A DNA stretch of 64,000 bases from an uncultured Halanaerobiales bacterium (GCA_964430875.1 CAYSHP010000006.1:5699-69698); one strand, 5' to 3'; numbered from the stretch's first letter, positions 9,668 to 20,787 are shown. The notes: generated from the letters alone by a model not told the origin. Translations and numbers: made by a program.

Positions 9668-10039
9668 TTAACTATCTTCTAAAATATGTTTTAGACCCTG
9701 ACCTAAAAAACAAATAACATGATCATCATCAAGGGAATAATAAACTGATCTTCCTTCCTTTCTAAATTTAACCAGTTTATTATTCCTTAATACTCTTAAT
9801 TGATGTGATATAGCTGAAGAACTCATATCCAATAACTCAGACAATTCACATACGCATAATTCACTTTCCTTGAGTGCATATAATATTTTAATTCTGGTGG
9901 GATCCCCCAGCACCTTGAATGTTTCAGCTAAGTCATATATAACCTCTTCTTTTAATTTCTGTCGTTCTAATCTTTTTACAACTTCATTGTTGGGATCAAA
10001 TACTTCACATACATCACAATATTTTTTTACTTTTCCCAT
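9668..10039 (-). CDS. ArsR/SmtB-family metalloregulator (CadC-like)
   Basis: FKVLGDPTRIKIL..ELCVCEL..SSSAISHQLRVLR wHTH motif with a CVC metal site. Start set at 10039 (GAGGAG SD). Immediately downstream of the ATPase gene. Confidence 0.85.
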   Translation of the reverse strand: MGKVKKYCDVCEVFDPNNEVVKRLERQKLKEEVIYDLAETFKVLGDPTRIKILYALKESELCVCELSELLDMSSSAISHQLRVLRNNKLVKFRKEGRSVYYSLDDDHVICFLGQGLKHILEDS

Positions 10040-10040
10040 A

Positions 10041-12416
10041 TTATTTCTCCTCATTATTTATAATTCTTGTTGAGTTCAATACAGCCAACAAGGCCACACC
10101 TACATCTGCAAACACAGCACTCCACATAGAAGCAAGACCGATTGTACCAAGAGAAAGTACTGCTATTTTCACTGTTAATGCCAAGATAATATTTTGCCAA
10201 ACAATTTTATTAGTCAATATGCTATTATCAAAGGCTGTTTTTATCTTTTCTAAGTTATCATTCATTATTACCACATCAGCAGCTTCAATTGCTGCATCAG
10301 AACCTAAGCCTCCCATTGCTATTCCTATATCAGCGCGGGCCAATACCGGTGCATCATTTATTCCATCTCCTACATAAGCGACACTACCCTCTTTTTCTTT
10401 TTTTAATATATCTTCAAACACATGAACTTTTTCATCTGGTAACATACTATAATAATATTCATCAATATTTAGCTTATCAGCAACCAGTTCGGCTTTTTTA
10501 TGATTATCACCGGTTAGCATTATTGTTGTTATATTCTGAAGTTGATCCATCAATTTATAAGAACTATCCTTAATTTTTTCAGTCACTACAAGATAACCAA
10601 CATATTTACCATCTACTGCCACGTAATTTACATTATCAATATTGTCTTGTTTTAGAGGGATTTTAATATTTTCTTTTTTAAATAACTTTTTATTACCAAT
10701 TATTACTTTTTCATCATCAACCTGAGCCTTTATACCTTCACCTGCAATTTCTTTATAATTGGCAATCTTCTCAGTAACCAACTCTCCCTGATAATATTCT
10801 CGAAGGGCTCGTGCAATTGGATGATTAGAAAAGTTTTCAACAGAGGCCACTAACTTAACTAACTTCTTTTCATTGTATTCATTTGCTGCTACTAATTCTT
10901 GAACTTTTAATTTGCCTTCTGTTAATGTACCGGATTTATCAAACACAATAGTTTTTACCTTTTTTAATTCCTCTAAATAATTACTCCCTTTCACCAATAT
11001 ACCATTTTTTGATGATTTACCAATTCCACCAAAAAATCCTAATGGAATTGAAATCATTAAAGCACAAGGACATGAGATTACAAGGAAGATTAAAGATCTA
11101 TAAAACCAAACTTTTAAAGATCCATTCAAAAACAGGACAGGTATAACTGTTACCATGACTGATAATATTACAATTATAGGAGTATATACCTTTGCAAACT
11201 TAGTTATAAACTTTTCGGTTTTTGCTTTCTTTTCAGCTGATTTTTCTACCAAATTTAAAATTTTAGCAACTGTAGAATCTTCATATTCATTGCTTACTTT
11301 TATATATAATAACCCTTCTATATTTATAACTCCACTACTAATCTCATCCCCTTTTTTTACTCTTTGCAAGGCAGATTCACCTGTTAAAGAGGAGGTATCT
11401 AAAACAGAAAAACCTTTTGTTATAATACCATCTAAAGGGACTTTTTCACCCGGTTTTACTAAAATTATTTCACCTTTTTTTATCTCGTTTGGATTAACTT
11501 TTATTATCTTATTATTTTTTGAAATATTCACATAATCAGGTTTGATATCCATTAAATCCTTAATAGATTTTCTTGAATTATCAACTGCTTTATCCTGAAA
11601 CAATTCGCCTATTCTATAAAATAACATTACGGTAACTGCTTCCGGGTATTCACCAATTATTATTGCCCCAATTGTAGCAATACTCATTAAAAAATATTCA
11701 TCAAACCAAAAACCATTTATTATATTATTGATTGCTTTTTTAATTACTACTTGCCCAATTAATATATAAGTTACTAAAAATAAAAATATACTAATAGTTT
11801 TATAATATAATCCTATATTTTCTATAAAAGCAAGATTTGCATATAAGATAGAAAATAAAAAGAGTATAGAACCAAATAATAAATTAAATAGTCTTTTCTT
11901 ATTTTGGGTTATGAAACTATTTGTTTTTCCTTTTGCCTTTTCTGATAATAACTCTGTCTTCTCTTTAACAAGCACATCATTTTCAATTCTTTTTACAATT
12001 TTTTGAATATCGTTTATATGATTATTTTCACTTTTCACTAAAAGTTTATTGCTACTAAAGTTTATATTTACATCTTTAACTCCAGGTAATTTTAGTATCT
12101 CTTTTTCAATCTTTTTACTACAATTAACACAACTTAAATTTTCAAGTTTATACTTAAATTCTTTTGATTTAGAAAACTGCGAATCAGATATCTCTAAACC
12201 TGGTTCAATCTCTTTAACTATCTTTTTAATCTTACTTTCTAAGTTTTTATTATAACTATCAATAATTAATATTAATCTTTTTGTCATTAAATTAAGGTCT
12301 GCATCTATGATTTGTGGCAGCTGAATTAATCTCTCTTCAATTTTCAAAGCACAACTAGCACAGCCAATACCATCTATTTTAAATACCAATTCATTATCAT
12401 CTTTTTTTGTGTTCAT
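10041..12416 (-). CDS. Heavy-metal-translocating P1B-type ATPase (Cd/Zn/Co-type)
   Basis: Two N-terminal HMA domains ([10 protein letters not shown]; CVNCSKKIE). CPC transmembrane motif, phosphorylation site [19 protein letters not shown]. Confidence 0.92.
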   Translation of the reverse strand: MNTKKDDNELVFKIDGIGCASCALKIEERLIQLPQIIDADLNLMTKRLILIIDSYNKNLESKIKKIVKEIEPGLEISDSQFSKSKEFKYKLENLSCVNCSKKIEKEILKLPGVKDVNINFSSNKLLVKSENNHINDIQKIVKRIENDVLVKEKTELLSEKAKGKTNSFITQNKKRLFNLLFGSILFLFSILYANLAFIENIGLYYKTISIFLFLVTYILIGQVVIKKAINNIINGFWFDEYFLMSIATIGAIIIGEYPEAVTVMLFYRIGELFQDKAVDNSRKSIKDLMDIKPDYVNISKNNKIIKVNPNEIKKGEIILVKPGEKVPLDGIITKGFSVLDTSSLTGESALQRVKKGDEISSGVINIEGLLYIKVSNEYEDSTVAKILNLVEKSAEKKAKTEKFITKFAKVYTPIIVILSVMVTVIPVLFLNGSLKVWFYRSLIFLVISCPCALMISIPLGFFGGIGKSSKNGILVKGSNYLEELKKVKTIVFDKSGTLTEGKLKVQELVAANEYNEKKLVKLVASVENFSNHPIARALREYYQGELVTEKIANYKEIAGEGIKAQVDDEKVIIGNKKLFKKENIKIPLKQDNIDNVNYVAVDGKYVGYLVVTEKIKDSSYKLMDQLQNITTIMLTGDNHKKAELVADKLNIDEYYYSMLPDEKVHVFEDILKKEKEGSVAYVGDGINDAPVLARADIGIAMGGLGSDAAIEAADVVIMNDNLEKIKTAFDNSILTNKIVWQNIILALTVKIAVLSLGTIGLASMWSAVFADVGVALLAVLNSTRIINNEEK

Positions 12417-12469
12417 CGAAAACTGCCTCCTTTGTATGAATATATGTATAATTGTTCATATATTTGTTA

Positions 12470-12501
12470 AATAAATAATGGTACCTCTTATTGATACCAT
12501 T
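12470..12501 (-). terminator. Possible terminator after the M23 peptidase gene
   Basis: AATGGTA..(11 nt)..TACCATT hairpin followed by a T-rich tract on the minus strand. Confidence 0.4.
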
Positions 12502-12525
12502 ATTTTATATATTAAAATTTATCTA

Positions 12526-13476
12526 TCATCTTAAATAGTTTAAGGGGTTTACAGCCCTACTGTTTATTTGCACTTCAAAATGTAAGTGTGGCCCAGTACT
12601 ATTACCGGTGTTTCCAGATTTAGATATTACTTCATTTCTTTCAACAAATTCACCAACACTTACTAATAATTGTGAGTTATGGGCATATAGGGTTCTTAAA
12701 CCTTTACGATGTTCTATAATAACGGCTTTTCCATAACCACTTGCCCATCCACTGTAAACTACTCGACCGGCTCCGGCTGCTCTGATAGAAGTCCCAATAT
12801 AAACTGCATAGTCAACTCCCTCATGCATTCTACCCCATCTTCTTCCATAATAAGAAGAAATACGAGCATTTACAGGCGCTATCAGCATTTTTTCAAGCCT
12901 ATCCTGATAACCAAATTCAGGTTTTACACCAGGTAATAAAACTAATCGCCCTGATTCTACTTTTTCATTGAAACCGATATTATTAGAATTTCTTATGGCT
13001 GAACTTTCAATATCAAAATTATTAGCTAAACTATCAATACTCTGACCAGGACCTATTTTATAAAGTATACCTTTGATCGGAAGAATTGATAAACTATCTC
13101 CAGGTTTGATCCTATTCATATTGTCTATATTATTTGCCCCAATTAATGTATCAATATTAATATTGTGCTTTTGAGCAATTGACCAAAGCGTTTCTCCAGG
13201 TTGTACAATATGAAACTCAATCTGCTCCATCAAGCAGGGATCTAGATTATGTTCTTTTAGATAATAATTCCTTATTTTTATATCAAATATAAATTGATCA
13301 TCATTTTTATAATGTTTTTGATTATATATTTCATTAACTCTAGTGTACTTTAAATCCGTTTTATATGTATTGGTAGTTCTAACTCTTTCATTACCTAATA
13401 TCATATTAGAACTCATTATAAATACTATACTAATAATTAAAATCAAAAACATTGAAAACACATGTGTTCTACTCAA
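12526..13476 (-). CDS. LysM-domain M23 family metallopeptidase
   Basis: N-terminal membrane anchor. Two LysM repeats (HIVQPGETLWSIAQKH; YKIGPGQSIDSLANNF). M23 motifs HEGVDYA and GPHLHFEV. Confidence 0.9.
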   Translation of the reverse strand: MSRTHVFSMFLILIISIVFIMSSNMILGNERVRTTNTYKTDLKYTRVNEIYNQKHYKNDDQFIFDIKIRNYYLKEHNLDPCLMEQIEFHIVQPGETLWSIAQKHNINIDTLIGANNIDNMNRIKPGDSLSILPIKGILYKIGPGQSIDSLANNFDIESSAIRNSNNIGFNEKVESGRLVLLPGVKPEFGYQDRLEKMLIAPVNARISSYYGRRWGRMHEGVDYAVYIGTSIRAAGAGRVVYSGWASGYGKAVIIEHRKGLRTLYAHNSQLLVSVGEFVERNEVISKSGNTGNSTGPHLHFEVQINSRAVNPLNYLR

Positions 13477-13518
13477 TTTAATCCTCCTATAATTATATAA
13501 ATAAAGTAACTCTTAGCA

Positions 13519-14082
13519 TTAAATTTCTATATATTTTGGATTTACATACTCAGTTAAAATAATTTCACTATTTGTTTTGAAAAATGATTTACCGTCTTCA
13601 TACATTTGCTTTGCTAAAATTTTCAATATTATTGGAGATTCAGTACGTCTTTCACCTACTCTTCTTGCTTGTTTTTTATTTTTACTTAAATGAACATAAT
13701 TTCTCCCCATCTTTTTTATACCATCTTTTAAAATTTTTTGATAAACCTCATTTGTAGTACCATGGTATAAATAGCGAGGAGGGATTATCTCTTCATAATC
13801 TAAATTAATCCATTTAATACTATGACCATAATTCGCTTTTATACTTTTCCCGTTTTTACTATCAACGATACTAAACCTATTCTTCTTATCACTTGCAGCT
13901 AATTCTTTAATATCCCGTAATTCAATATTATTAAATCTATTGTCCTCTTTTAAAGCTTCTATTAAATCTTTTAATTTGATAGTACCATCAATTTTCATTT
14001 TAAGTTCAAAATCTTCTGGATTGTGTCTTAAAATATATGATAGGGTCTTAGATAAAGAAGTTATATATTTTTCTTTAATCAA
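13519..14082 (-). CDS. kptA: RNA 2'-phosphotransferase (Tpt1/KptA family)
   Basis: LSKTLSYILRHNPE, LYHGT, YVHLS motifs of Tpt1/KptA. Confidence 0.85.
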   Translation of the reverse strand: MIKEKYITSLSKTLSYILRHNPEDFELKMKIDGTIKLKDLIEALKEDNRFNNIELRDIKELAASDKKNRFSIVDSKNGKSIKANYGHSIKWINLDYEEIIPPRYLYHGTTNEVYQKILKDGIKKMGRNYVHLSKNKKQARRVGERRTESPIILKILAKQMYEDGKSFFKTNSEIILTEYVNPKYIEI

Positions 14083-14100
14083 ATATATGCACCTCTTATT

Positions 14101-14673
14101 TTAAGAGACTTCCTCAGCTAATTTATTATTTATTATAATATTATTGATTAAGATTGGAGATAATTTTAATGTATAAATAAAGTCATTCTCAGGTTTTTTC
14201 CAATTTTTAATATATTTTTTGTGGCTATATATTAAATATTCTAATAGGTCTTCACTATCATTGAGAATTATATTGCTTTCTGTAAAATCATTATTAAAAA
14301 AATCTTTAAATCTTGATAATTTTTTGTGAGCTTTCATTTCATAAATAAAATGTTCACCCAGATTTTCTTTGAAAAAGTCTGTGTTATGGGCATAACAAAA
14401 GAAATCAGCAATATAATGGAAAAATTCACCTAATCTCACTGCATAATCCTTGTTATTACCATAATTAAAGTTGTTCAATTCTTTAAACATTTTAACAGCT
14501 TCTTTTAAGTTTCTGTCAATATAATGTAACTTTTTATCTTTTTTAAAGTCAGGTTTTATATTACCCCAAACAAAGGTTTTTAATGGAATATCTATTTCAT
14601 AGTTTTGCTTTATATAATAGTGGATTTCTTTAGCAATTTTTACATGAGTAAAGGGATTCAAATTTTGTTCCAC
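14101..14673 (-). CDS. Hypothetical protein, His-rich (possibly zinc-dependent phospholipase C-like fold)
   Basis: Intact 190-aa ORF (GTG start) with THVKIA, GNIKPDF and FFHYIADFFCYAHN motifs. The family assignment is a guess. Confidence 0.4.
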   Translation of the reverse strand: MEQNLNPFTHVKIAKEIHYYIKQNYEIDIPLKTFVWGNIKPDFKKDKKLHYIDRNLKEAVKMFKELNNFNYGNNKDYAVRLGEFFHYIADFFCYAHNTDFFKENLGEHFIYEMKAHKKLSRFKDFFNNDFTESNIILNDSEDLLEYLIYSHKKYIKNWKKPENDFIYTLKLSPILINNIIINNKLAEEVS

Positions 14674-14879
14674 CTCTTCATTTTTTTCCTTTTTTTATTT
14701 TTTAAACATTAGTTTTTTCTATTATACCATTATTTGACCCAAAAAATCCAATATTATATATTAAAATTTAAACAATTCTATAGGGTACATTATTATAATA
14801 AGCCCACAAAAGAAAATCAATTATTAATTTTTATTGATAAAAAAGTAAATACAAATTAAATATTACATGTTTTTCTACT

Positions 14880-14908
14880 TTGACTTAAAAAACCATTTTA
14901 GATATAAT
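14880..14908 (+). promoter_or_regulatory. SigA-type promoter upstream of the ABC sugar/glycerol-phosphate importer
   Basis: TTGACT, 17-nt spacer, TATAAT. Leaves a leader of about 220 nt before the ATG at 15135. Confidence 0.5.
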
Positions 14909-15134
14909 TAAAGTGTAAATAGTTGCTCAATTATTTACTCTTTATATTATCTTAGATAATTTAACTATATACTAATTTTATTTCTTTCCTTATAGTTGAA
15001 ATATACTTATAAATATTCTTTTTCAATTCACTTAATTTATCATAATTTTTAAAATAACAAATAAATGGAGGTGGTATCCTCAACTAAATAATGGTCTGTA
15101 TAATGATCTAATAAAAAACAGGGGGTATTATTAA

Positions 15135-16439
15135 ATGAAAAAGTTAATGTCAGTTGTGTTTATTTTTGCCTTAGCATTTTCTTTTATGTTTACTTTTAAT
15201 ACTGTGCAAGCACAGAATGTTGAAATTACCTGGTGGCATGCAATGAGTGGTGGCCGTTTAGAACCTGTAAAACATTTAGTTGAAGAATTTAATAAATCAC
15301 ATCCAAATATTACTGTAAATGCTACCTTTACTGGTTCCTATCAAGAAACATTAAATAAAGCTATTACTGCTGCTAAAGCTGGAAATCCACCTAATATTAT
15401 TCAAACATATGAAGTAGGAACACAGATGATGTGGGACAGCCCTTATATTGTGCCCATTGAAGATTTAGCTGAGCCTGGTGAAGTTGATTGGGGTGACTAT
15501 TTATCTGTGGTGAGAAGGTACTATACAAACCCAGATGGCAAATTAGTTTCAATGCCCTTTAATTCTTCCACAGCTATTCTATACTATAACAAAGATATGT
15601 TTGAAAAGGCTGGCCTTGATCCAGATGATCCGCCAACAACATATGCTGAACTTACTGAAGTAGGTAATAAATTATTAGAATCAGGTGTAGTAGACCATGG
15701 TATTACTTATGGTTGGCCAACTTGGGTATTTGAACAAACCCATTACTGGACAGATAATAATTATGTAAATAATGGTAATGGTAGAGAAAAAAGAGCTACA
15801 AAAGTTTTATTCAATGAAGAACCCGGTATGAAAATTATGAAACAGTGGGCTGAATGGGAAGATGAAGGCATCTTAGTATATGGTGGACGTGAATATGAGC
15901 CAGATGCTGCTTTCATCTCTCAAAATACAGCTATGTTAGTTCAATCTACTTCTCACTTGAAAGATATTATTGAAACTTCTCCATTTGAAGTAGGAACTTC
16001 TTTCCTACCAAGACCTGAATGGGCAAATCGTGGTGGAACAACAATTGGTGGAGCTTCCTTATATATCTTTAAAGATGACCAAGAGAAAATGGATGCTGCT
16101 TGGGAATTTGTAAAATGGTTAAGCAGTACTGAGAATGCAGTTTATTGGCATAAACAAACTGGATACTTCCCAATTAGATATAGTGCTTTAACTAAACTTA
16201 TGAACCAAGGTTGGTTCTCTGAAAATCCAAACTTCTTAACTGCATTTATGCAAGTTCTAACCTCAAAAGAAAATGATGCAACAGGTGGTGCAGTAGTTGG
16301 TAGATTCCCACAAATCAGAGATATTGTGGATGAAGCTGTAACCAATATATTTGGCGATCAAATGACTGTTGAAGAAGCCCTCAACTCAGCTGCTGAAGAA
16401 GCAAATAATGTTATTGGACAATATAACGAATCACAATAA
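15135..16439 (+). CDS. ABC transporter extracellular solute-binding protein (UgpB-like, family 1)
   Basis: Signal peptide. ITWWHAMSGG..L...V..FN and YYNKDMFEKAG are typical of CUT1/UgpB-type binding proteins. Confidence 0.8.
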   Translation: MKKLMSVVFIFALAFSFMFTFNTVQAQNVEITWWHAMSGGRLEPVKHLVEEFNKSHPNITVNATFTGSYQETLNKAITAAKAGNPPNIIQTYEVGTQMMWDSPYIVPIEDLAEPGEVDWGDYLSVVRRYYTNPDGKLVSMPFNSSTAILYYNKDMFEKAGLDPDDPPTTYAELTEVGNKLLESGVVDHGITYGWPTWVFEQTHYWTDNNYVNNGNGREKRATKVLFNEEPGMKIMKQWAEWEDEGILVYGGREYEPDAAFISQNTAMLVQSTSHLKDIIETSPFEVGTSFLPRPEWANRGGTTIGGASLYIFKDDQEKMDAAWEFVKWLSSTENAVYWHKQTGYFPIRYSALTKLMNQGWFSENPNFLTAFMQVLTSKENDATGGAVVGRFPQIRDIVDEAVTNIFGDQMTVEEALNSAAEEANNVIGQYNESQ

Positions 16440-16513
16440 TTAAATAATATACAGGTGAGGTGGAGACACCTCACCTCTTAACAATATAGGAGAGCAAAAA
16501 AGGAGTTTTTATT

Positions 16514-17398
16514 ATGAATAAAAGCTATTTCAAAGAAAAAATATTACCTTATTTACTAGTTTCACCTTCAATATTAGTAATTGTAATATTTTTGGTATAT
16601 CCATTTTATCAAGCATTTAAACTTAGCTTTTTTCGTGGTGGAGCTTGGGGAACAAATCAAGTTTTTGTAGGATTAGAAAACTACATAGAACTATTTTCTT
16701 CCCCAAAATATTTAGCTAGTTTGGGACGCACCCTCCTTTTTGCAACTTTTGTAACATTAATAGGTATGGGAGTTTCCTTAGGCCTAGCCGTACTTTTAAA
16801 CCAAAAAATAAAAGGAAGATTATTTTATAGAACTGCAATAATTTGGCCTTATGCTTTATCAACTGTTATTGCAGGTGTTTTATGGGCATTACTTTTTGAC
16901 CCATCTATTGGACTTATAACCTATGTTGTAGAAGTATTAACTGGTATAGAAATTAACTGGAGAACAAATGGTAATTTAGCTTTTGTTATAATTACAATTG
17001 CTGCTGCCTGGCGTAACATTGGTTACAATGTTATTTTCTTTTTATCAGCCTTACAAAATATACCTAAACAGGTTTTAGAATCAGCTGAAATAGATGGGGC
17101 AAGTCCCTTTCAAAAATTCTTTAGGATTTCTATACCACTTATTACACCTACAATGTTCTTTTTGCTTATAATGAATTATCTTTATGCCTTCTTTAGAACA
17201 TTTGGATTAGTTGATGTTGCTACTCAAGGAGGCCCCGGGACATCAACAGAAATATTAACTTATAAACTATATAAAGATGCCTTTGTTTTCTTTGATGCTG
17301 GATCAGCTAATGCACAGTCTGTCCTACTATTCGCATTTATAGTTGGATTCACTTATCTACAATTTAAATATACTCAAAGGGGGGTCTTCTATGGCTAG
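16514..17398 (+). CDS. ABC transporter permease (UgpA-like)
   Basis: Six-TM MalF/UgpA-type permease with the EAA loop (ESAEIDGASPFQKFFRI..P). Confidence 0.85.
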   Translation: MNKSYFKEKILPYLLVSPSILVIVIFLVYPFYQAFKLSFFRGGAWGTNQVFVGLENYIELFSSPKYLASLGRTLLFATFVTLIGMGVSLGLAVLLNQKIKGRLFYRTAIIWPYALSTVIAGVLWALLFDPSIGLITYVVEVLTGIEINWRTNGNLAFVIITIAAAWRNIGYNVIFFLSALQNIPKQVLESAEIDGASPFQKFFRISIPLITPTMFFLLIMNYLYAFFRTFGLVDVATQGGPGTSTEILTYKLYKDAFVFFDAGSANAQSVLLFAFIVGFTYLQFKYTQRGVFYG

Positions 17399-18218
17399 GA
17401 AAGAAAAAATTAAAAAAATACTAATACATATTGCAATTTGGATTTCAATATTTATTATCTGCTTACCTTTAATATATGCGATAATAATTAGTACAAGAGA
17501 TCTGCAAGGTACTTTCATATCTCCCCCTAATTTGAAATTCGGGTCCAGTGCAATAAAAACATATAAGACTGCTTGGAATTCAGTTAATATGGGTAGATTA
17601 CTTATTAATTCAGGCATAGTAGCAATAACAACCAGTATAGTGAAGATAATACTAGCTATTATGGCAGCATTTGCTATTGTATTTTTTGATTTCAAAGGAA
17701 AATATGTTGCATTTGCAGCTGTCTTTTTAACACAACTATTACCAGTTCCTGTTAAAATAGTTCCAACTTTTGAATTGATGAAAACCTTTAATTGGATAGA
17801 TTCTTACTATGCTTTAACATTTCCTTACTTTGCAACAGCTACAGGAACCTTTTTGTTCCGGCAATTTTTCATGACCGTTCCAGATGATTTGGTAGATGCT
17901 GCTCGTATTGATGGATGTTCACCGATGACTTTTTTAAGAAAAGTATTAATACCTCTATCTTGGAATAATATTGGGGCTTTATTTTTAGTTGAATTTGTGT
18001 ATATGTGGAACAGATATTTATGGCCTTTAATAGTTACCAATTCAGAAGATATGAGAGTAGCTCAAATAGGTATAAAAATGCTTATGACTACCGGTTCGAT
18101 TAATAAGTGGAATATAATAATGGCAGGAGCTATTATTACACTAATTCCACCTCTTATTGTTTTACTTATTTTACAAAAAACCTTTATAGAAGGATTTGTA
18201 ATGAGAACAGGTAAATAA
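17391..18218 (+). CDS. ABC transporter permease (UgpE-like)
   Basis: EAA loop DAARIDGCSPMTFLRKVLIP. Start set at the ATG at 17391, which overlaps the upstream stop (ATGGCTAG). Confidence 0.85.
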   Translation: MARKEKIKKILIHIAIWISIFIICLPLIYAIIISTRDLQGTFISPPNLKFGSSAIKTYKTAWNSVNMGRLLINSGIVAITTSIVKIILAIMAAFAIVFFDFKGKYVAFAAVFLTQLLPVPVKIVPTFELMKTFNWIDSYYALTFPYFATATGTFLFRQFFMTVPDDLVDAARIDGCSPMTFLRKVLIPLSWNNIGALFLVEFVYMWNRYLWPLIVTNSEDMRVAQIGIKMLMTTGSINKWNIIMAGAIITLIPPLIVLLILQKTFIEGFVMRTGK

Positions 18219-18231
18219 GTAGATATTAAAT

Positions 18232-18266
18232 AAACCCCTACCACTTTATGGTAGGGGTTTATCTTG
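18232..18266 (+). terminator. Rho-independent terminator of the ugp-like operon
   Basis: AAACCCCTACC-(7 nt)-GGTAGGGGTTT hairpin followed by a T-rich run. Confidence 0.8.
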
Positions 18267-18293
18267 TTTACGTTATTAATTTTTATTTTTATT

Positions 18294-19436
18294 TTAATAT
18301 CTATTTATTGCTTCAATATTAACACCATCAGGAACTTCTTCATCAAAGACATAAACATCTCCACCATTTCTTAATGTTAATATAGCTGCATAGTTAAACA
18401 AATCATAAGTTTCATTACCGTTTTTTAGCAGGTGAACTTCCTTATTTTGTATATCAAAATATCCCTGCAATTTCTTTGAACCGTCAATTAATAATGAATA
18501 GACTTTACTATACAGTGCATCCGGAATTATTAACTTGATATCTAAAGAAGTTTTTGATGTACCTTTTAATTCCATAAATTCTTCAATAATCTCTTCTTTT
18601 TGATTTTGGATATATTCTTTTAAACTTTCCCAGGTTTTTTCATGAATTTCACTCATTTTTAGATTTTCTGGGTTTCCATTGATAAATTTATCAAAAAGGT
18701 TATTATATGAATTTACCTTTTTATAATGATGGAATAGACCTTCATCACAGTATAGTAATAAAGGAACCTCTTTATTTTTTAATTCATTTTTTATACTTTT
18801 ATCAATTCTCCTCAAATACTTTAATAAGTCTTCTTTTTCTTCTTCCATTACTATACCGCGTCCATGATAGACTGTATTTGAAGCTGATACTTTATGAGAA
18901 TGATGTTGAATATTAGTATTTTCCCCTTCATAATCAACATAATCATCCAGACTTTCTTCAACCTCATATTTTTTCAGACGAGTTATATTATCACTATTGG
19001 CTTTATAAAACTTATTAGAATGTTTACTTAAAGCCAATATATAGTATTGACTATTAAGCATCAGTTGGTTTAAAAGTGGAATAATATAGAAATGTTTACT
19101 GACTGAAACCTGATCATTAACACTATGATTAAACCTTAAATACTCAAATTTATTTTTACTAATAAACAATACCAGTCCAATTTCATGGTGATGTAGGAAA
19201 TTAATATCATTTATAAGCTCATATGCTGGTTGTAAAAATTCATCCACTTCGGACGATTTAAATCCCCATTCATTTTCAAGTTTTTTAGCGGTTTTAGATA
19301 GATGATTTTTTAGTTTGATTTCAACTTTGTGAAAGTTACCTTCTCTAGCTGCTTCGGTGGATAGATATATTGATACACAGGGCTCATCAGCTTCATTGGC
19401 CAATTCCATAACAAAATCCTTATTAACAATGGTCAT
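18294..19436 (-). CDS. Hypothetical protein, possibly bacterial eRF1-like (baeRF) family
   Basis: 380-aa ORF. The N-terminus (ANEADEPCVSIYLST..) resembles the PxVSIYxPT opening I associate with baeRF-family proteins. Unverified. Confidence 0.4.
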   Translation of the reverse strand: MTIVNKDFVMELANEADEPCVSIYLSTEAAREGNFHKVEIKLKNHLSKTAKKLENEWGFKSSEVDEFLQPAYELINDINFLHHHEIGLVLFISKNKFEYLRFNHSVNDQVSVSKHFYIIPLLNQLMLNSQYYILALSKHSNKFYKANSDNITRLKKYEVEESLDDYVDYEGENTNIQHHSHKVSASNTVYHGRGIVMEEEKEDLLKYLRRIDKSIKNELKNKEVPLLLYCDEGLFHHYKKVNSYNNLFDKFINGNPENLKMSEIHEKTWESLKEYIQNQKEEIIEEFMELKGTSKTSLDIKLIIPDALYSKVYSLLIDGSKKLQGYFDIQNKEVHLLKNGNETYDLFNYAAILTLRNGGDVYVFDEEVPDGVNIEAINRY

Positions 19437-19557
19437 TTATACCCCTCCCAATATATTTATCTAAACATCTCTTTGTATTATTATTATAACAAATTTTATT
19501 ATTTATTAACATACCAAAATATATTTAAACAGCAAAAGGGCCATTTGGCCCTTTTAA

Positions 19558-20757
19558 TTAAATATTATTATCAATAGCTAATACAGAACTATACAATACC
19601 TCAGTCCCCTTATAACAATCTTTAAGTTCAGTCCATTCATCTCTACAATGGCTTTTACCCTCTACACTTGGAACAAAAATCATACCAGTTGGAATGCTTT
19701 TAGCCATCACTTTCGCATCATGACCAGCTCCACTAGTTAAGTTCATATAATCAGTATCCATATTATTACAACTTCTCTGCAGGATATTAATTATATTTTT
19801 ATCTAATTGTATTGGTGGTTTAATAACTATTTTATCAAATTCAAATTTAATATTTTTTATCTTTTGAGTAAATTTTTTTGTTTGTTTTAAAGCATCTTCT
19901 ATTCTGTCTTGTTTGGCATCTCTAAACTCTAATAATAATTCAACCTTTTCCGGAATAACATTGACTGCTCCCGGAAACACCTTTAAATCTCCAATAGTTG
20001 CAACAAATGGTTCACCAACTTCATGAGCATATTTTTCTATTAAATTTATTAATTTAACAGCTCCTGTTAAAGCATCTTTTCGATTTAACATTGAAGTGGT
20101 ACCAGCATGATCGGATTCTCCCCAAACGGTAATTTTATAACGCATTATACCTGCTATTTTATCCACTATACCAATTTGAAAATTATTATCAATCAAATTC
20201 AGTCCTTGTTCAATATGTAATTCTAAATAAGATGCTATACTACCTTTATCACGTTTTACTTCTTTAAGATCTTCTGTTTTTAAATCATACTTCTTTAAAT
20301 TTTCTTTCAGCTTGTTATCTTTTAAATTGACATTCCCCATCATTGCTCTACTTCCGAAAGTACCACCCATGTCACTACCTTCTTCTGCATTAAAAGCTAT
20401 TATCTCAATTGGATGTTCTGTTTTTATATTATTATCATTTAGAATATTTACACATTCTAGCCCTGCTATTACACCCAAATTGCCATCAAATAGACCACCA
20501 TTGGGAACTGTATCAAGATGAGAACCAATTATTATTGAAGGCAAAGAATTATTTTCACCTTTTTTCTTTGCTATAATATTCCCTATTTTATCTATCTTTA
20601 CATCCATTTTTGCTTTAACCATTAAATTTTTTAATTCATCTGCAGCTGCATAATAGCTTTCACTAAAAGCTATCCTATCAATACCACCGTTTTCATTTTC
20701 TCCAATTTTTCCTATGTGAAAAAGATTTTCTTTAAACCTGCTTTTATTAACCAACAT
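19558..20757 (-). CDS. M20-family amidase: N-carbamoyl-L-amino-acid hydrolase / allantoate amidohydrolase
   Basis: IIGSHLDTVPNGGLFDGNLGV and ELHIEQG are signatures of the hydantoinase/carbamoylase amidase family. Confidence 0.8.
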   Translation of the reverse strand: MLVNKSRFKENLFHIGKIGENENGGIDRIAFSESYYAAADELKNLMVKAKMDVKIDKIGNIIAKKKGENNSLPSIIIGSHLDTVPNGGLFDGNLGVIAGLECVNILNDNNIKTEHPIEIIAFNAEEGSDMGGTFGSRAMMGNVNLKDNKLKENLKKYDLKTEDLKEVKRDKGSIASYLELHIEQGLNLIDNNFQIGIVDKIAGIMRYKITVWGESDHAGTTSMLNRKDALTGAVKLINLIEKYAHEVGEPFVATIGDLKVFPGAVNVIPEKVELLLEFRDAKQDRIEDALKQTKKFTQKIKNIKFEFDKIVIKPPIQLDKNIINILQRSCNNMDTDYMNLTSGAGHDAKVMAKSIPTGMIFVPSVEGKSHCRDEWTELKDCYKGTEVLYSSVLAIDNNI

Positions 20758-20787
20758 ATTGTCAACATCCCCTCAAATCCAATTAAT

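Noticed and set aside
10289-12255. Several 60-126-aa plus-strand ORFs inside the P-type ATPase gene. Similar antisense ORFs occur inside the TRAP permease (25631-26027), FtsX permeases, xylA, iorA, the GGDEF gene and others.
   Set aside because: All are antisense to long CDS with strong family signatures. These are typical shadow ORFs of low-GC DNA.
14674-15134. 460-bp non-coding gap upstream of the ugp-like operon, examined for an sRNA, riboswitch or remnant gene
   Set aside because: Only a consensus promoter (14880-14908) could be supported. I recognised no conserved riboswitch blocks or stable structures in the roughly 220-nt leader.
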